From: Octopus vulgaris
Taxonomy: Eukaryota
NCBI GenBank assembly: GCA_951406725.2
Contig: OX597816.1
Location: forward strand, 87,296,001-87,360,000
Length of the DNA stretch: 64,000 nucleotides
Direction of reading: 5' to 3'
Below the pieces are notes generated by a model that had not been told where the DNA came from, made no database searches, and saw only the letters and a list, made by a program, of their open reading frames with translations. This document shows positions 40,890 to 54,217 of the stretch, one piece after another; position 1 is the stretch's first letter; each line of letters opens with the position of its first letter. A program made the position numbers and the translations under genes.

Positions 40890-41345
40890 TTCGTGATTAT
40901 TCTCACCAAGATTCGTAAATGTTTGGAAATGACCGAAACAGTTCAATTGCGAATACAAGCGACGGAAATGGGGTACCGCCGAAAGATCCCTTCAATATCC
41001 CTTGATGGTGTGCGTAGCTCGATAATCAGAGAATGTCACCAGGTTGAGCCGCCACTTTTCTACACTGAAAGGTTACAGCTACAGTATTGTGGATATGAGA
41101 TCAGAATGTTGTAGAAAGAATTACAAGACTGATTCTTCAACGTGAGCCAACCGGCAAGATACCTACGGGTAGCCCAAGAAGGAGATGGCAAGATGATATC
41201 CAATAGTCTCAGATAGTCACGCTTGAGAATCTTGGCGGAAATTCTAATGGCGATTGCTTCTGATAACACTCTGTGGAGGAGATGCCTAAGGACTCTACCC
41301 CCCACCACGACCCTCCCAAGAATGTGAACGTTGAAGAAAGACGGA
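40890..41345 (+). mobile_element. RTE-like LINE 3' fragment with (GGAT)n tail
   Basis: RIQATEMGYRRKI...VRSSIIRE...ER.QL.Y.G...RM. Confidence 0.6.
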
Positions 41346-42404
41346 TGGATGGATGGATGGATAGATGGATCCCTCATTAATACTGTATGTGATCTGTTTT
41401 AGTATTGTACTGTAATATTAATTTTGCGTTGTTTCTTGGAGGGGAATGTAATAATTTCACCACTAACATTTTCTGTGTATATGGATAGATATTCTCTGTT
41501 TCTGTTTTAAGGATAGATATTTATTTTTGCATTTACTGTAGACGGCCATGATATATTTGTTATTTTCTCTCTGAATCTCCTCCCTCCTCTCTCTCTTATT
41601 TGGTAACAGAATTATTGTATCGCTAGAAGTTTTATTTAGGCTGTTCTTCATATGGAATTTTAGTACTAAATTGGCTTCCAAGTCATCTTTTAATCTTTCG
41701 ACAACTTCTTGTGTGTCTTGATATTAACGGAAGACCTAGAAAAGAACTCTCTATTGAAATTCAGTGTGCAGAACAGTGATGAAATCTCTACTTAGAAGAG
41801 CATTTATTTAGATTCACCTCCACAAATGAAACATTATAACAAAAAATGCAAAATAAAACAAACTCTAATCAACAACTACAATACAAGAAAACTAGCTGAC
41901 CAAGCCATACAACCTTACAGACACACATTCAACACTTAAAATGAATTAGGCAACACACTTATTAAAACTACGCAAACCATGCATATGCTATTGTTACGTT
42001 TCGGAATGGTCATTTTGCCAGTTTAGCCAATAAACGTACATGCAGATGCTATAATACATAAATCAAATGTACAGTAATTACAAAATAGAATTTTTTTAAA
42101 TATAAAATGGCATAGAAAATTACATAATATGTATTAAACTAAAGAATAAACACTAATGATATACACGGAAAATCTAAGGATACTCCGATAAACATTTTGT
42201 AATCCCTCATAGTTATCCGAATTCCATGGAACACTGAGTCAGATCTAAGACTACAGTCGCAACAAAACTTCTAGAGCTGCCTCTGAGAGGACATAGTTTC
42301 ATCTCCCAATACATTGAGTTATACTCAATGAATATGTATGCATGACTGCTTGCGTCTGGAATTTTGGTACATTTCATGTACGAATGTATATATCTAGAAG
42401 AAGG

Positions 42405-42731
42405 ACGGACCCCCCTTCGGTCAAGAATGATCATGGGATTACACCTAGAAAGTCACTTTCCGAGGCACAAGTCCGGGCAAGGTTGTTTATCGAAGATTAA
42501 CAGTTGTCCATACATGCCAGCCTCCTCTCTCCACGCCACCAATGTTATCCAAGTGAAAAGCAAAGGCCGAAACAGCTTGACACCAGTGACGTCACAACTC
42601 ATTTCTAAAAAACTGAGGGAACTGGAGCAACGGGAAATAAAGTGTCTTGCTCAAGAACACAACATACAGCCCGGTCCGGGAATCGAACTTACTACCTCAT
42701 TATTTGAACCCGATGTTCTAACCACTGAGCC

Positions 42732-42735
<4 letters not shown>
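42405..42735 (-). mobile_element. CORE-type tRNA SINE
   Basis: TGGCTCAGTGG, AGTTCGATTCCC and TGTGTTCTTGAGCAAGACACTTTA. Confidence 0.75.
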
Positions 42736-42801
<66 letters not shown>

Positions 42802-42899
42802 TATAGATATATATATATATATATATATTCTTTTAGTCTTTTATGCGTTTCAGCCATGCTGGGGCACCACCAGTGTTATCACGTTTTCAATAACCCTTT

Positions 42900-43320
42900 T
42901 TATGCGATTAGCCTTCGGTGAAAAAGTGAGTTTGACGTTACTGCCCCCTTTGGAATGTCCTGTTGTGATGTAGGTTCATCTGGGATTTTAGACAACAGGA
43001 TATTTGGCAATATCTCAGATATTTTGGCAAGGTATTGAATAGCCGTGGGCACTTGAATGCCAAGCTGTTGCAGTACATAGTCCTTACTCTAGACGGAATT
43101 GCTGAAACCTTTGGAACAGTGCAGTGACGTCTAGTTGCGGAACTGGTATAGCTCCCGATGTAAAAGGAAAGTGCCAAACCCTCAAGGATCTTCCATATGT
43201 ATATCACTGTACATCCCTCAGGTCTTCGTTCCAGAGAGTAGAGTCGTGGCTCTTTCGGTCTTTCCCGGTAGCTCAGCTGTTCCATTGAAGCACCTCAAGT
43301 CCTGCTATTAATTTGACTCT
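42900..43320 (-). mobile_element. CR1-like LINE 3' fragment
   Basis: LSYRER.KE..LYSLERR, IYIWKILEGL and P.LFN.LP..LR. Confidence 0.7.
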
Positions 43321-43559
43321 GTGGGGTGTAAAAAGCATGCTTAAAAGTTTTAGTTTTTGCATTCTTTTCGAAATTGCTTTTAAATGTGGTTTTGGATGTT
43401 TTAACTGCTCTTTCTAGCATGTAAGGCGGCCTGTTAAGGGTCACCTTTTTTTTGTGTTTAAATGTGCACTAATTTTATATGGAAAATATGTTTTCTATTG
43501 ACTTTTTATATATGCTAGGCCACTAGTAAAAAATTTCTAAAATTTTGCTGCCCTATATG

Positions 43560-43590
<31 letters not shown>

Positions 43591-44247
43591 AGGTATGCAT
43601 GTATGGATGGATGGATGGATGGATGGATGGATGGATGGATGGATGTAAACCATACATTTATATTGTTGCCTGAAGTATAATATCGAATGAGAAAATTCAA
43701 GCAGTGATAGAGTGAATTGCTAACTTCGCACTTACGAAGAGAACGCTGGATCGATCAGATCCTACAATGTGCTGGGCTCAGTGAATAGTCACAGCCAACG
43801 CAAAAATGCAGTACCGCGATCACATCGCCCCTGAGGACACGTCAGGTCCTTGTTTCGATCCCACTCAGTCGAATCTTGTGTGTTTACCCCCCCACCTCAC
43901 ACCTCCTCGACCCACACACACACACGCACACATAGTCCTTCAGATTGTTCAGTTTCGTTAGTGAAACTGTGCAAACAGAAACAGTGAAAGCCATTCGATT
44001 GACGATATCCGTAACTTGGCTTGCTCCATACGTTAAGCTCTTTCGGTATGAACATTACGTCACACGTACATAATTTTAACGTGTGTATGTAAATAATTTT
44101 AACGCGTAGTTACTTAAGTTGACCCAACAAGAACACTCTGACGAAACGAACTGATGACATATCTTATATAACTATACTTAATAACATGAAATGAGTTCTT
44201 TTTTTCTTTCATTCTCACAGCAAAAAAACTTTGTGTGCGTATGTACA

Positions 44248-44628
44248 TACACTACCGTCAGAAATTAATTAGCACCCTTGATTTGCTCTTCACTCAAGGT
44301 ATGTGCTGTCACCTAGTGGTCATATCTCGAACTATTGCTTTGTTGCGAGTTCACTGTTGCGCAGAACGATGACGTAACTTTGTTTGCAGAGCAGTTTGAG
44401 AGTCTACAGCCTTATGATGTTGACATAGCAGTGCAACAACTTGGAGTGCGGATGCAGACAAATCTTCCTTTGTTTAATAGATATAGGTAGCGCCTCGCAA
44501 GGACCGAAATCACACCATACTAAGTTTTCTCATCGCGTAAGACGTTTTGAACAGCTCATAGGTTAATTGATTTAACCTATTTAATGTAGAAATTTGAGAA
44601 GTGCTAATTAATTTCTGACGCAAGTGTA
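44248..44628. mobile_element. Tc1-type MITE
   Basis: TIR TACACTACCGTCAGAAATTAATTAGCAC / GTGCTAATTAATTTCTGACGCAAGTGTA. Confidence 0.85.
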
Positions 44629-45029
44629 CATGCGTGTGAGTGGGTGTATGTGTGAGTAGCAATTCTATCACGAAATAGCCAATTCAACTGGCTAAAGAAT
44701 CACGAAAAACTTTTCGATTTACTTTTCATTTATTTCTTGAGATGCAAAAATACTCCACATGAAACCGAGTTAACCACCAGGTCACAGGTGTGTGACGAAA
44801 AGATTGACACTTCAACAGATATATCAGCAGTGAATTAAGCAGATTTATGCTTTCTTATTTCAATGTCTCAAATTACTATTTCACGATGCATTTGTTTCAT
44901 TTCAACACATGGTCTTTGTCTCAGAGCAACTAGCTTGATAGACACGTACAATATTGACACACACACAAACACACACGTCTGTGTGCGTGTGCATGTGTGT
45001 GTGTACGTATGCATATGTAAGTAGGAGGT

Positions 45030-45808
45030 AAATAGGTGTTCATATATATATATAATGAAGATATGTATGTAGTTGTGTGTATATAAATAATTATATATAT
45101 ATATATAATATATATATGTGTATTATACATACCATATATATATATATATATGTATGATATGTATAATATATATTAGATATATATATTTACTTATATATAT
45201 ATATAACAATAAATATATAATTACTACAATATATATAATAAACATGTCATATATGCATAAATATACATACATACATATCTAAAAATATAGATATATACAC
45301 ACATGTGATATGCATATATGTTTGCAAGCATGTTTGTAATATGTGTGTGTGTACATGTATATATGCATATATGTATGTATGTATGTATGTATGTTTGTGT
45401 GTATGTATGTATGTATGTATGTATGTATGTATGTATGTATGTATGTATGTATGTATGTATGTATGTATGTATGTATGTATGTATGTATGTATGCTCGTGT
45501 ATAAACGTGAGACAAAGAGCAGAGAACAAAGTTTCTTTGTATGCAAAAAAAAAGAAAAAGAAAAAGAAAAGAAAAATGAAAAATTATTTTCACACAGTTG
45601 GCTCATACTTCAAAAGTGCTTTAGTGAAAATAGTAAGACATGAAATATAAAGAGAAAAAGAAATCCTAGCAATATTAATAGAAACGAAAAGAACATTAAT
45701 AACAATAAAGAATGGTGTAGGAAATATATCCTGTTGAGTTAATGTATAGTTGGAATTGTCACAAATGTGACTTTGATTTCCTTCAGATATTGTTGGTGAT
45801 GTTCGCAC

Positions 45809-45889
<81 letters not shown>

Positions 45890-45891
45890 TG

Positions 45892-45922
<31 letters not shown>

Positions 45923-46106
45923 GCATACATGCATACATATATGTATAGATATATACATGCATATAAGCATGTATATATGCAAATATATATAATATATATA
46001 CATATATGTATATATATATGTATATATATATACACACATATATGTATATATATATATATATGTATAAATATATACATATATATATACATATATATATGTA
46101 TATATA

Positions 46107-46201
<95 letters not shown>

Positions 46202-46800
46202 GTATGTATACGCGTATACATGTTTATACACGCATACATTTATCAATATACGTCTATATACAAAGTTATAGAGAGAGAAATATATAAATACAGAAACGAA
46301 AATTTCCTAGTATATACTTAAAAATACATACATAAGTGTGTGTGAGAGTGTGTACGTGTATGTGTATACACATGTTTATATACAATATATATATCACGCG
46401 CACACCTACACGCATACATGCATACATGCATACACACACACACACGCACGTACACATACATACATACACACACACACATACATACACCCATACACATACA
46501 TGCATCCTACACACACATACATACACACTCACACATACATACACACACACACACTCACTCACACACCTGTATGTACGCGCACACACATGCACATACACAC
46601 ACTTCCACACACCCACACGTACATACATACACACTCATACACATACACACACACACACACACGGACATACATCTATGCACACACATATATACGCACATAC
46701 TTACATACATTCATCGGACACACTGACACCCAGACATACACACAGACACACTCACACATCCACACACATACATACACACACACTCGCAGGCGCGCGCACA
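45030..46800. repeat. Large compound (TA)n/(TATG)n/(CA)n low-complexity block
   Basis: Read directly; source of many spurious ORFs. Confidence 0.9.
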
Positions 46801-47503
46801 CACGCGCTTGCGCCGGTTCGCGCATGCATGCACCTCGCTCTTGGACCCGACGAGACCTTCCGCTCGTTTCTGGGGCCGTCGCCTGTCGTTGGGTTCTCCC
46901 ACGCCCGTCTCCGCGGGACCACTCTTCCATCTTCCCCTCAGCTGGAGTCCTTTTTCCTTATAACCCCCCCCCCCCTTTGTTACACACGCGCGCACACATA
47001 CATACACCCACTCACACACACACATGTGCTTAAATATATACATTACTCTTACACACACTTCAAATCTACTCGCCATACGTACAACTACGACACTGGACAC
47101 ACACACACACTACTACTCAACACACACGCCCCCTCCCCTTCCCCTCCCTCCCTTCCTCCTTCCTTCATTTTCTTACTACTGACCACTGTCTGCTATGCCT
47201 ACTACTGTTCGCCCTACCTCACACGCCTACACACAGACGCACACACTAACATATACATATATTTTTTGTTTTTTTATCTCGCCTCACACACACATACACA
47301 CACGCACACGCACACACTCACACATACACACACATCTGTTGCGTTACCAACCCTGTCTCCACTCTTTTGACTTTAAAAACCTACTTTGCTCTTGTTATCG
47401 TAAACTTCCGCCTTTCACCATGTGTACTTCGTAAACACCAGTCGTTTTTTTTTCTCCCTCTTGTTGCCCACCTTGGGATCTTTCTTTCCTCTCTCTTCCT
47501 TCT

Positions 47504-47541
47504 TTATGTTTCCGACGAAGAGCTCCGCTCGAAACGTCATA
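47504..47541 (+). ncRNA. Minimal hammerhead-like motif, U4C variant
   Basis: CCGACGA-a-GAGC-tcc-GCTC-GAAACGTC; stem I weak. Confidence 0.5.
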
Positions 47542-48209
47542 CCTTCCTGCTTCCATCTTTCCTGAGCGCCTATTAATAATAATACTGTAATTGTTCCACG
47601 TGTTGTTGTTTTTTCTGTTTTCCCGTTTGGATTAAAATTATATATATATACGTACATGCATACACACACGCAGTCACACACTGAAACACTTACACATGTA
47701 TATATGAAATAGATTAGCATATAATTGTGCATATATGCATATATTTATATACACACACATACACACACCTACATATATGTATATACATGCACATATATGG
47801 ACACACTCTCACACACATATGAAATATATTATAGTACATAGTTGTGTTACATGTCGTATGACGAGTAACTTCGAAGGATGCTTTTTGCCAACCATGGGTT
47901 ATATCAATCACCATGGTTTACATACAATAATTATAGTTTAACTTCCATCAAATTCCTTGGTGCTAACACAAAATGAGAAAAAAGAATACTAACTTTCACA
48001 AGAAATTATTTATTGCGTTAAAGTAAATTTAAACAAAATAAATTTTTCTTTTGTATAAATCCTCCCACAACTATTCTATCATTTCTCTCCTCCACTGTCT
48101 CCGTGACATTTTTCTCTCTCACTGCGTTTGAGTGCATGTGTGTAGCGCTCTTTTACTCATTTCCTGCCAACAAACCTACTGTAAGCCCTCATTTTGTACC
48201 TCTTATATT

Positions 48210-48265
<56 letters not shown>

Positions 48266-48611
48266 ATATATATATAAAATCGCAAATTTTATTTAATTTG
48301 CTTTGCGGAAAGGACTGTTTCAAAGAAGTCGCGTCTTGTCGTTACCTTCGTAACGCGGAGTAGATGAAACAGAGACAACTGAAGAAGGGGAATATTCTTT
48401 ATGTTGTATGTCGCGTTTCTCTGGGGTTTTTTTCGTTGTTTGAAAAAAGTTCGTTTCTATGTTTTTGTTTTTATGTTTTCGTTTCTCATTGTGTTCAACA
48501 TTTTTTGATGTCCTGTACCCATATATCCATGTATATATACATATATATGTAGGTATGTACATATATGTATATGTATACATGTATTTATATATTATTCATA
48601 TTATTATATGT

Positions 48612-48661
<50 letters not shown>

Positions 48662-49021
48662 AGATAGGGGTTGAAAATTCAACCCACCATGGGATAATAT
48701 ATATCCAATATACTGCTAGATAGGTACCCAACAAAATTAATACATAGATGTTAAAAATTGTCAAACAATCAGTTCATCTATTGTATTATATGGGTAAAGG
48801 TAATAATATTACCGTAAATTAATACTACAAAATTAGAGAATGGAGAAACATACTTAAATCAGTAAAACATCAACTATCCGATGATACTCAATCCATACTT
48901 TAATACACCATTACATATGAGTAAAGGCAATATATAAAATGAAATGAGATATACAGTAATAGTAAAAAGATAAAGAGATATAAGTAAAAAATTTCAAATA
49001 TAATATGCAAATAAATCAAAA

Positions 49022-49130
49022 CTGACAGCTGTTTCGGCAGTGAGGGCAGTCATACCTCATTTAACCTATAAGCCATAAAGGCAGGTATAAATGAGGCATT
49101 AACAAGGATGCCCCCACGGCCTCTTCAGAG
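49022..49130 (-). ncRNA. Hammerhead ribozyme with long stem II (Penelope-associated)
   Basis: ct-CTGAAGA-GGC.GTGGGGCA...CCTCATTTA..TAAATGAGG...TGCCCTCAC.GCC-GAAACAGCTGTC-ag. Confidence 0.7.
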
Positions 49131-49472
49131 AATTAAATTAAATTTGTTATAATAGTGAAAAATATTATATAATCATATACATATAAATATAAAAATATAA
49201 AAATGTAAAATATAAAAACTTATACATCATAATGCTACACTTATATAATATAATACACATTTGTACAAAAAAGGAAGGTAAACAGAACAAAATAAAACAA
49301 AATATATAACAGTGTATATATTAATATTAATAAGTACCGATATTATACATATTTGGCTAATAGTTTTTTATAAAAAAAGCTAACACATATGGAGATGAAA
49401 AATAATAATTAAAACCATGGTACAGTTCATAAAATTCTAAAGCTATAAAAGTTAATAAAAATTACTATTAAT

Positions 49473-49551
<79 letters not shown>

Positions 49552-50027
49552 TAATAAAAATAGATACAGTTAAGTTAGCACCAAGTCCATCCTTTCAAGA
49601 TCGAAATAACTATGAGTTAAGAAATGCTGACCACTAGGTAAAGAAAATTTAGATTAATTCGATTGGCTATTGGTTTGAAATTTAAATCACAAAAGAAAAT
49701 TATACGGTTGGTTAGTCAGGGAACGCCAATATTCACACACGCATCTACAGAACAATCGCACATACACACATAGTTATATGTATATACATACACTTATACA
49801 CATACATAATCACAAGCAACAACTAGCACTTAGATAAACAAAAAAGGGAAGCAACTATGCTACCATTTAGTCCTTCAAAATTATAACTGTGCCTCAATAA
49901 CAAAAGAAGAACCATCCATGCATTCCATAAAATATTTAATTTAGATATAAATATATTTTTAAATATCAGTATGTTACTAAGTCAGATAATTATTTCATGG
50001 GTAACTTAAAATTTATAATACCGGTAT

Positions 50028-50063
<36 letters not shown>

Positions 50064-50449
50064 TATATATTTGGAGGCGTTGGATAAATTAACCCACCAA
50101 CATTTATCGGCCACTTTATATAAATGTATACACATCTGCACTTGAGCGTGCATGCCTATTTACTCAAATGTTAGTAAACCTAACCACACTCACAAATCTG
50201 CACACGTACATGTCCATATACATGTGTGTTTATACACGCAAGCATCCAGATCGCAATATATACACTCCTATGTGTCCCCATTAAATTAGTAATGTGTAGT
50301 TGCTGGCATAACTAGATAGTTTTATAAGCGTGAATATATATAGAAACGACAGAAAGGAGAGCGATTTAGTAAAAGAGTTAAACAATAGGATTACTGGTAT
50401 GAGATGAGATTGGTCTGGAGATCGAGGAATTTTCCAGTAGAATAGAATG

Positions 50450-50770
50450 AACTTATGAGAACGGTTACAAAACAACTGGCTTTTGATATTTAATCAGTTC
50501 CTCGCGCGATTTAATCTAAAAAGGATCGGTTCTTTTTTAAGCTTACAACGCTTATATTTTTCAAGATTTTCAGCCTCTCACATTTGATAACACTCACTTA
50601 ACTGCCTAAAATGGTTGTTGAGTGTTGTTAAATTTTCTTGTTGGCGTGTTTGAAGAATGAACTGTAAAATCTTTGTTTCAACTTGCCTTCAACCATACCT
50701 ATGTAACTGTTCTTTTCGAGTGTCTGATTTGGTATGGTCAGCACACCAAATCACTATGCACAATCTAGTT
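50450..50770 (-). pseudogene. Penelope-like GIY-YIG endonuclease remnant
   Basis: SYIGMVEGKLKQRFY.S.F, TTLNNH, KRCKL and KSQLFCNRSHK resemble PLE YIG..E..FK.R..SF / C.LC..E / RSEL...C.H; upstream of the hammerhead at 49022 on the same strand. Confidence 0.55.
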
Positions 50771-51169
50771 TATGTTGCTTGATTTAAAGAGCAAGAATTG
50801 TGATTGCTCTTTAAATGCAGGTATGCATGAGCAGCCGAGATTACTTTATATATGTATAAGTGTCTGTGTTTACATATATATTCATACATACACACGCTTA
50901 TACATACATATATACATATCCATACATTATAATGCGTATATATCAGTTGCAAATATAAAATTGTTTCAAAACAATACTATAATTACAATGGACAGGAGAC
51001 GTTCTATAAAATTAATTACAATGTAAATTCTTTTTATTGAGCACTCTTATTATAAATATCAAAGGATATATATTTTATATACGAAATATTATGTTTCCTA
51101 TACATTACAATTATGTCATTAATTTGCTGTAATTATATTTTAACTGCCGATAGTTAAGCACAGTAATGA

Positions 51170-51235
<66 letters not shown>

Positions 51236-53917
51236 TGCGTGTGTGTATGTGTGTTAAGTATATGTCCTGTGTTAAATGAATTCAAATTTTCTGCTATTAA
51301 AAGGATATTTTGGAATTCACTCACAGATTTGGCGTGGTTCCAATTATCAATATGGAGTGGTCCAAACTTTTGTGCTTTTTCTTTGAAATTTTCAATTCAT
51401 GACTAGCTTAAGTTTTCTTACACACATCAATACCATTACTTGCTGATGAGTATCCGGAATATTTGAGTCAAAATTCCGGTTTCAAATCTAATTTTGTAGG
51501 CCTCAAAGTTCTTTCTATTTTTACCTTTGAACTTCAAGACATATGTGCCTTTTCTATATATGCTGATTGGCCTTAAGCTTTTGACCTCAATCCTCGTTCG
51601 GCACATCCAAGTAATATCTTTTCTTTTTTTCTCTATATTTGCTTTCTTTCAGTTTTCTTAATTTTATTTTCTTTCTCTTCTCATCTCCTTCACATGTCAT
51701 AATGGTTAGTTTCAAACGTGTCCATATCCTGTTCATTATACAACATTATAAAGTATTTAGATTCGATATTCTTGTGATACAATTCTTAAAAATTAAGTTC
51801 TTCCTATGCAAATTAATTTTTTTGGAATCAAATAGAGTAAAAACAATTTTTAAAAAAAGCGACAAATACTGATCAATGAAGTCACATATCTATATTTCGA
51901 TAAAAACTCACATTTGTATCTGCACATGCACATCTACATAAACTAACATACGTATGCATAAACAAACACCCATACATATACATTTGTATATACATACGCA
52001 CACGGATGTGTACGCTTAGTTATAAACTAATTTAAGCAGGACGCGAGGAAAATATGCACTTTTTGTGTGGAGAACATTGCTGTTATTCCATTCAGACTTA
52101 CAGTAGAAACTGGGTCCATGTTCTCATAAGTAAACTAAGTCCATGTTCTGATAAGTAAACTAATATTCTAACTGTTCGATCCTATAATACAATGCTAAAA
52201 TGGTTACCTAACTTAATATTGTATTATAAAAGTGCGTAGAAACTGTTGACTGAGCAATTATGTTTACCTAGTGTATGTTAGTAAAAAAATGGAAGTTTCT
52301 TTTCACTGTATGTGTTCTAATGTTCATCGAATATTTCACTACTACTACAAGCTATGTCACCTTTATAGGTTTCTGGGAGGTTTATAGATGGTCTTTATTG
52401 ACACATTAAGCGATATTTCTTTCACAAACATAAAAAGAGAGAGAAGAAAGAAGCCGGAGGGAGAGGGAAAACATAACTGGGTAACTTGGTGCTACTGATC
52501 ACACTTAACTGAATGGATGATGATAATTCCGAAAATGCTTCACGATGATAAAGCTAATCTTAAACTTACCAGGATCACGAGAGATTAAATTAAAATTAGC
52601 CATTAAGTTAATGTTTTCTTCTCGCTGCATAAGAATTATTAATTAATTTTTTTCTCTCTCTTCACACCATTAAGTATGACAAACCTAAATTAACTAATTT
52701 CGCTTTCTTTTGTTCCACATTTTTTTGTATCTCATTATATATTTATGTCTAGTCATCTTTATAAGGCTGTATACATTAAATATGAGAAGACTAACTTACT
52801 TACCGTCATTCTTGCAGATGGCATCTTAGAATTATTTAATTTTTAATCATGCATACATTAAAATAGGTACATCAATCTTTATAGATTTTATAAGCAGCGA
52901 TATGAGACAGAAAAGCTCTTTGTCAGTAGAACAATTTATTCTCCGCTTTTTTTTTTTTTATCAAATGGTTGCTTATAATGCCTCATCAGAATTGATGTTC
53001 TTGCTTGACATTGCTGCTTATAATGTCTTATATCACACACTATGCATTGAAAATAGAAACAGTGAATATTTATTCATATGATCGTTCATTATTTTTGTTG
53101 CTGTTGTTGCTATTATTGTTGTTGGTGTCGTGGTTGTTGTCATGCTGCAGAAGTTCGTATCCAAATTTGAATCTTACACCTGACATAAAATATATATTAC
53201 ACTATTTTAATGAACTGCAGCCGCGTGTATAAACATATGCGTGTGTATGCATACGTATATACATGCATGTATATATATACACTTACATAAAGACATTCAT
53301 ACAAGCATGCATATACACACACATATTTTATAAATTTTTATAAATATATATTATTTACACACATACACACATAGGTATGTATGTATGTATGTATGTATGT
53401 ATGTATGTATGTATGTATGTATGTATGTGTGTGTGTATGTATGTATGTATGTATGTATGTATGTATGTATGTATGTATGTATGTATTAGAGTAGTTTCAC
53501 TTTTTTTTCTATTTTGTGGCACATTACGGATCAAACAAAATATCACTGACGCACTTAGCTTGGGTAGTTGGAAATCACTAGTGCCCTTCGTACGGAAATT
53601 TTTCTTAAAAGATGCTTTAAAAATAAAAACTAGTAAAAAAAAGTTTGTTGAAATCTGTTGCTTACCTTGTTAAATTAATAATATCAGAGTACAAAAATAT
53701 AAAAAATATCACGTTTGTCAAATTACTGAAGTGGTTATTATGCATGCATTTTCTAAAGGCTTAAAATTATATTTTGAAAATTCGCAATGCACCGTTTATG
53801 ATTCACTTGCGTGTGTGTATGTGTGTGTATGTTTGTGTGGAAGTATTTATCTATGTATGTTTGTATGCATATATATATATGTATATATATATATATGCAT
53901 ATATGTATACATATATA

Positions 53918-54125
53918 TCTCTTTTACTTTTTTACTTGTTTCAGTCATTTGACTGCGGCCATGATGGAGCACCGCCTTTAGACGAGCAAATCGATCCAGG
54001 ACTTATTCTTTGTAAGCCTAGTACTTATTCTATCGGTCTCTTTTGCCGAACTGCTAAGTGACGGGGGCGTAAACACATCAGCATCGGTTGTCAAGTGATG
54101 TTGGGGAGATGAACACAGTCACGGA
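53918..54125 (-). mobile_element. CORE-type SINE 3' half
   Basis: Reverse complement of about 63620-63800. Confidence 0.75.
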
Positions 54126-54140
54126 AACACACACACACAT

Positions 54141-54214
<74 letters not shown>

Positions 54215-54217
<3 letters not shown>

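Noticed and set aside
46336-47370. 344-aa His/Thr-rich ORF and the many MYVC/YIHT/LSIY ORFs across the window
   Set aside because: These are translations of (CA)n, (TACA)n, (TA)n and (TATC)n tracts that lack stop codons, not genes.
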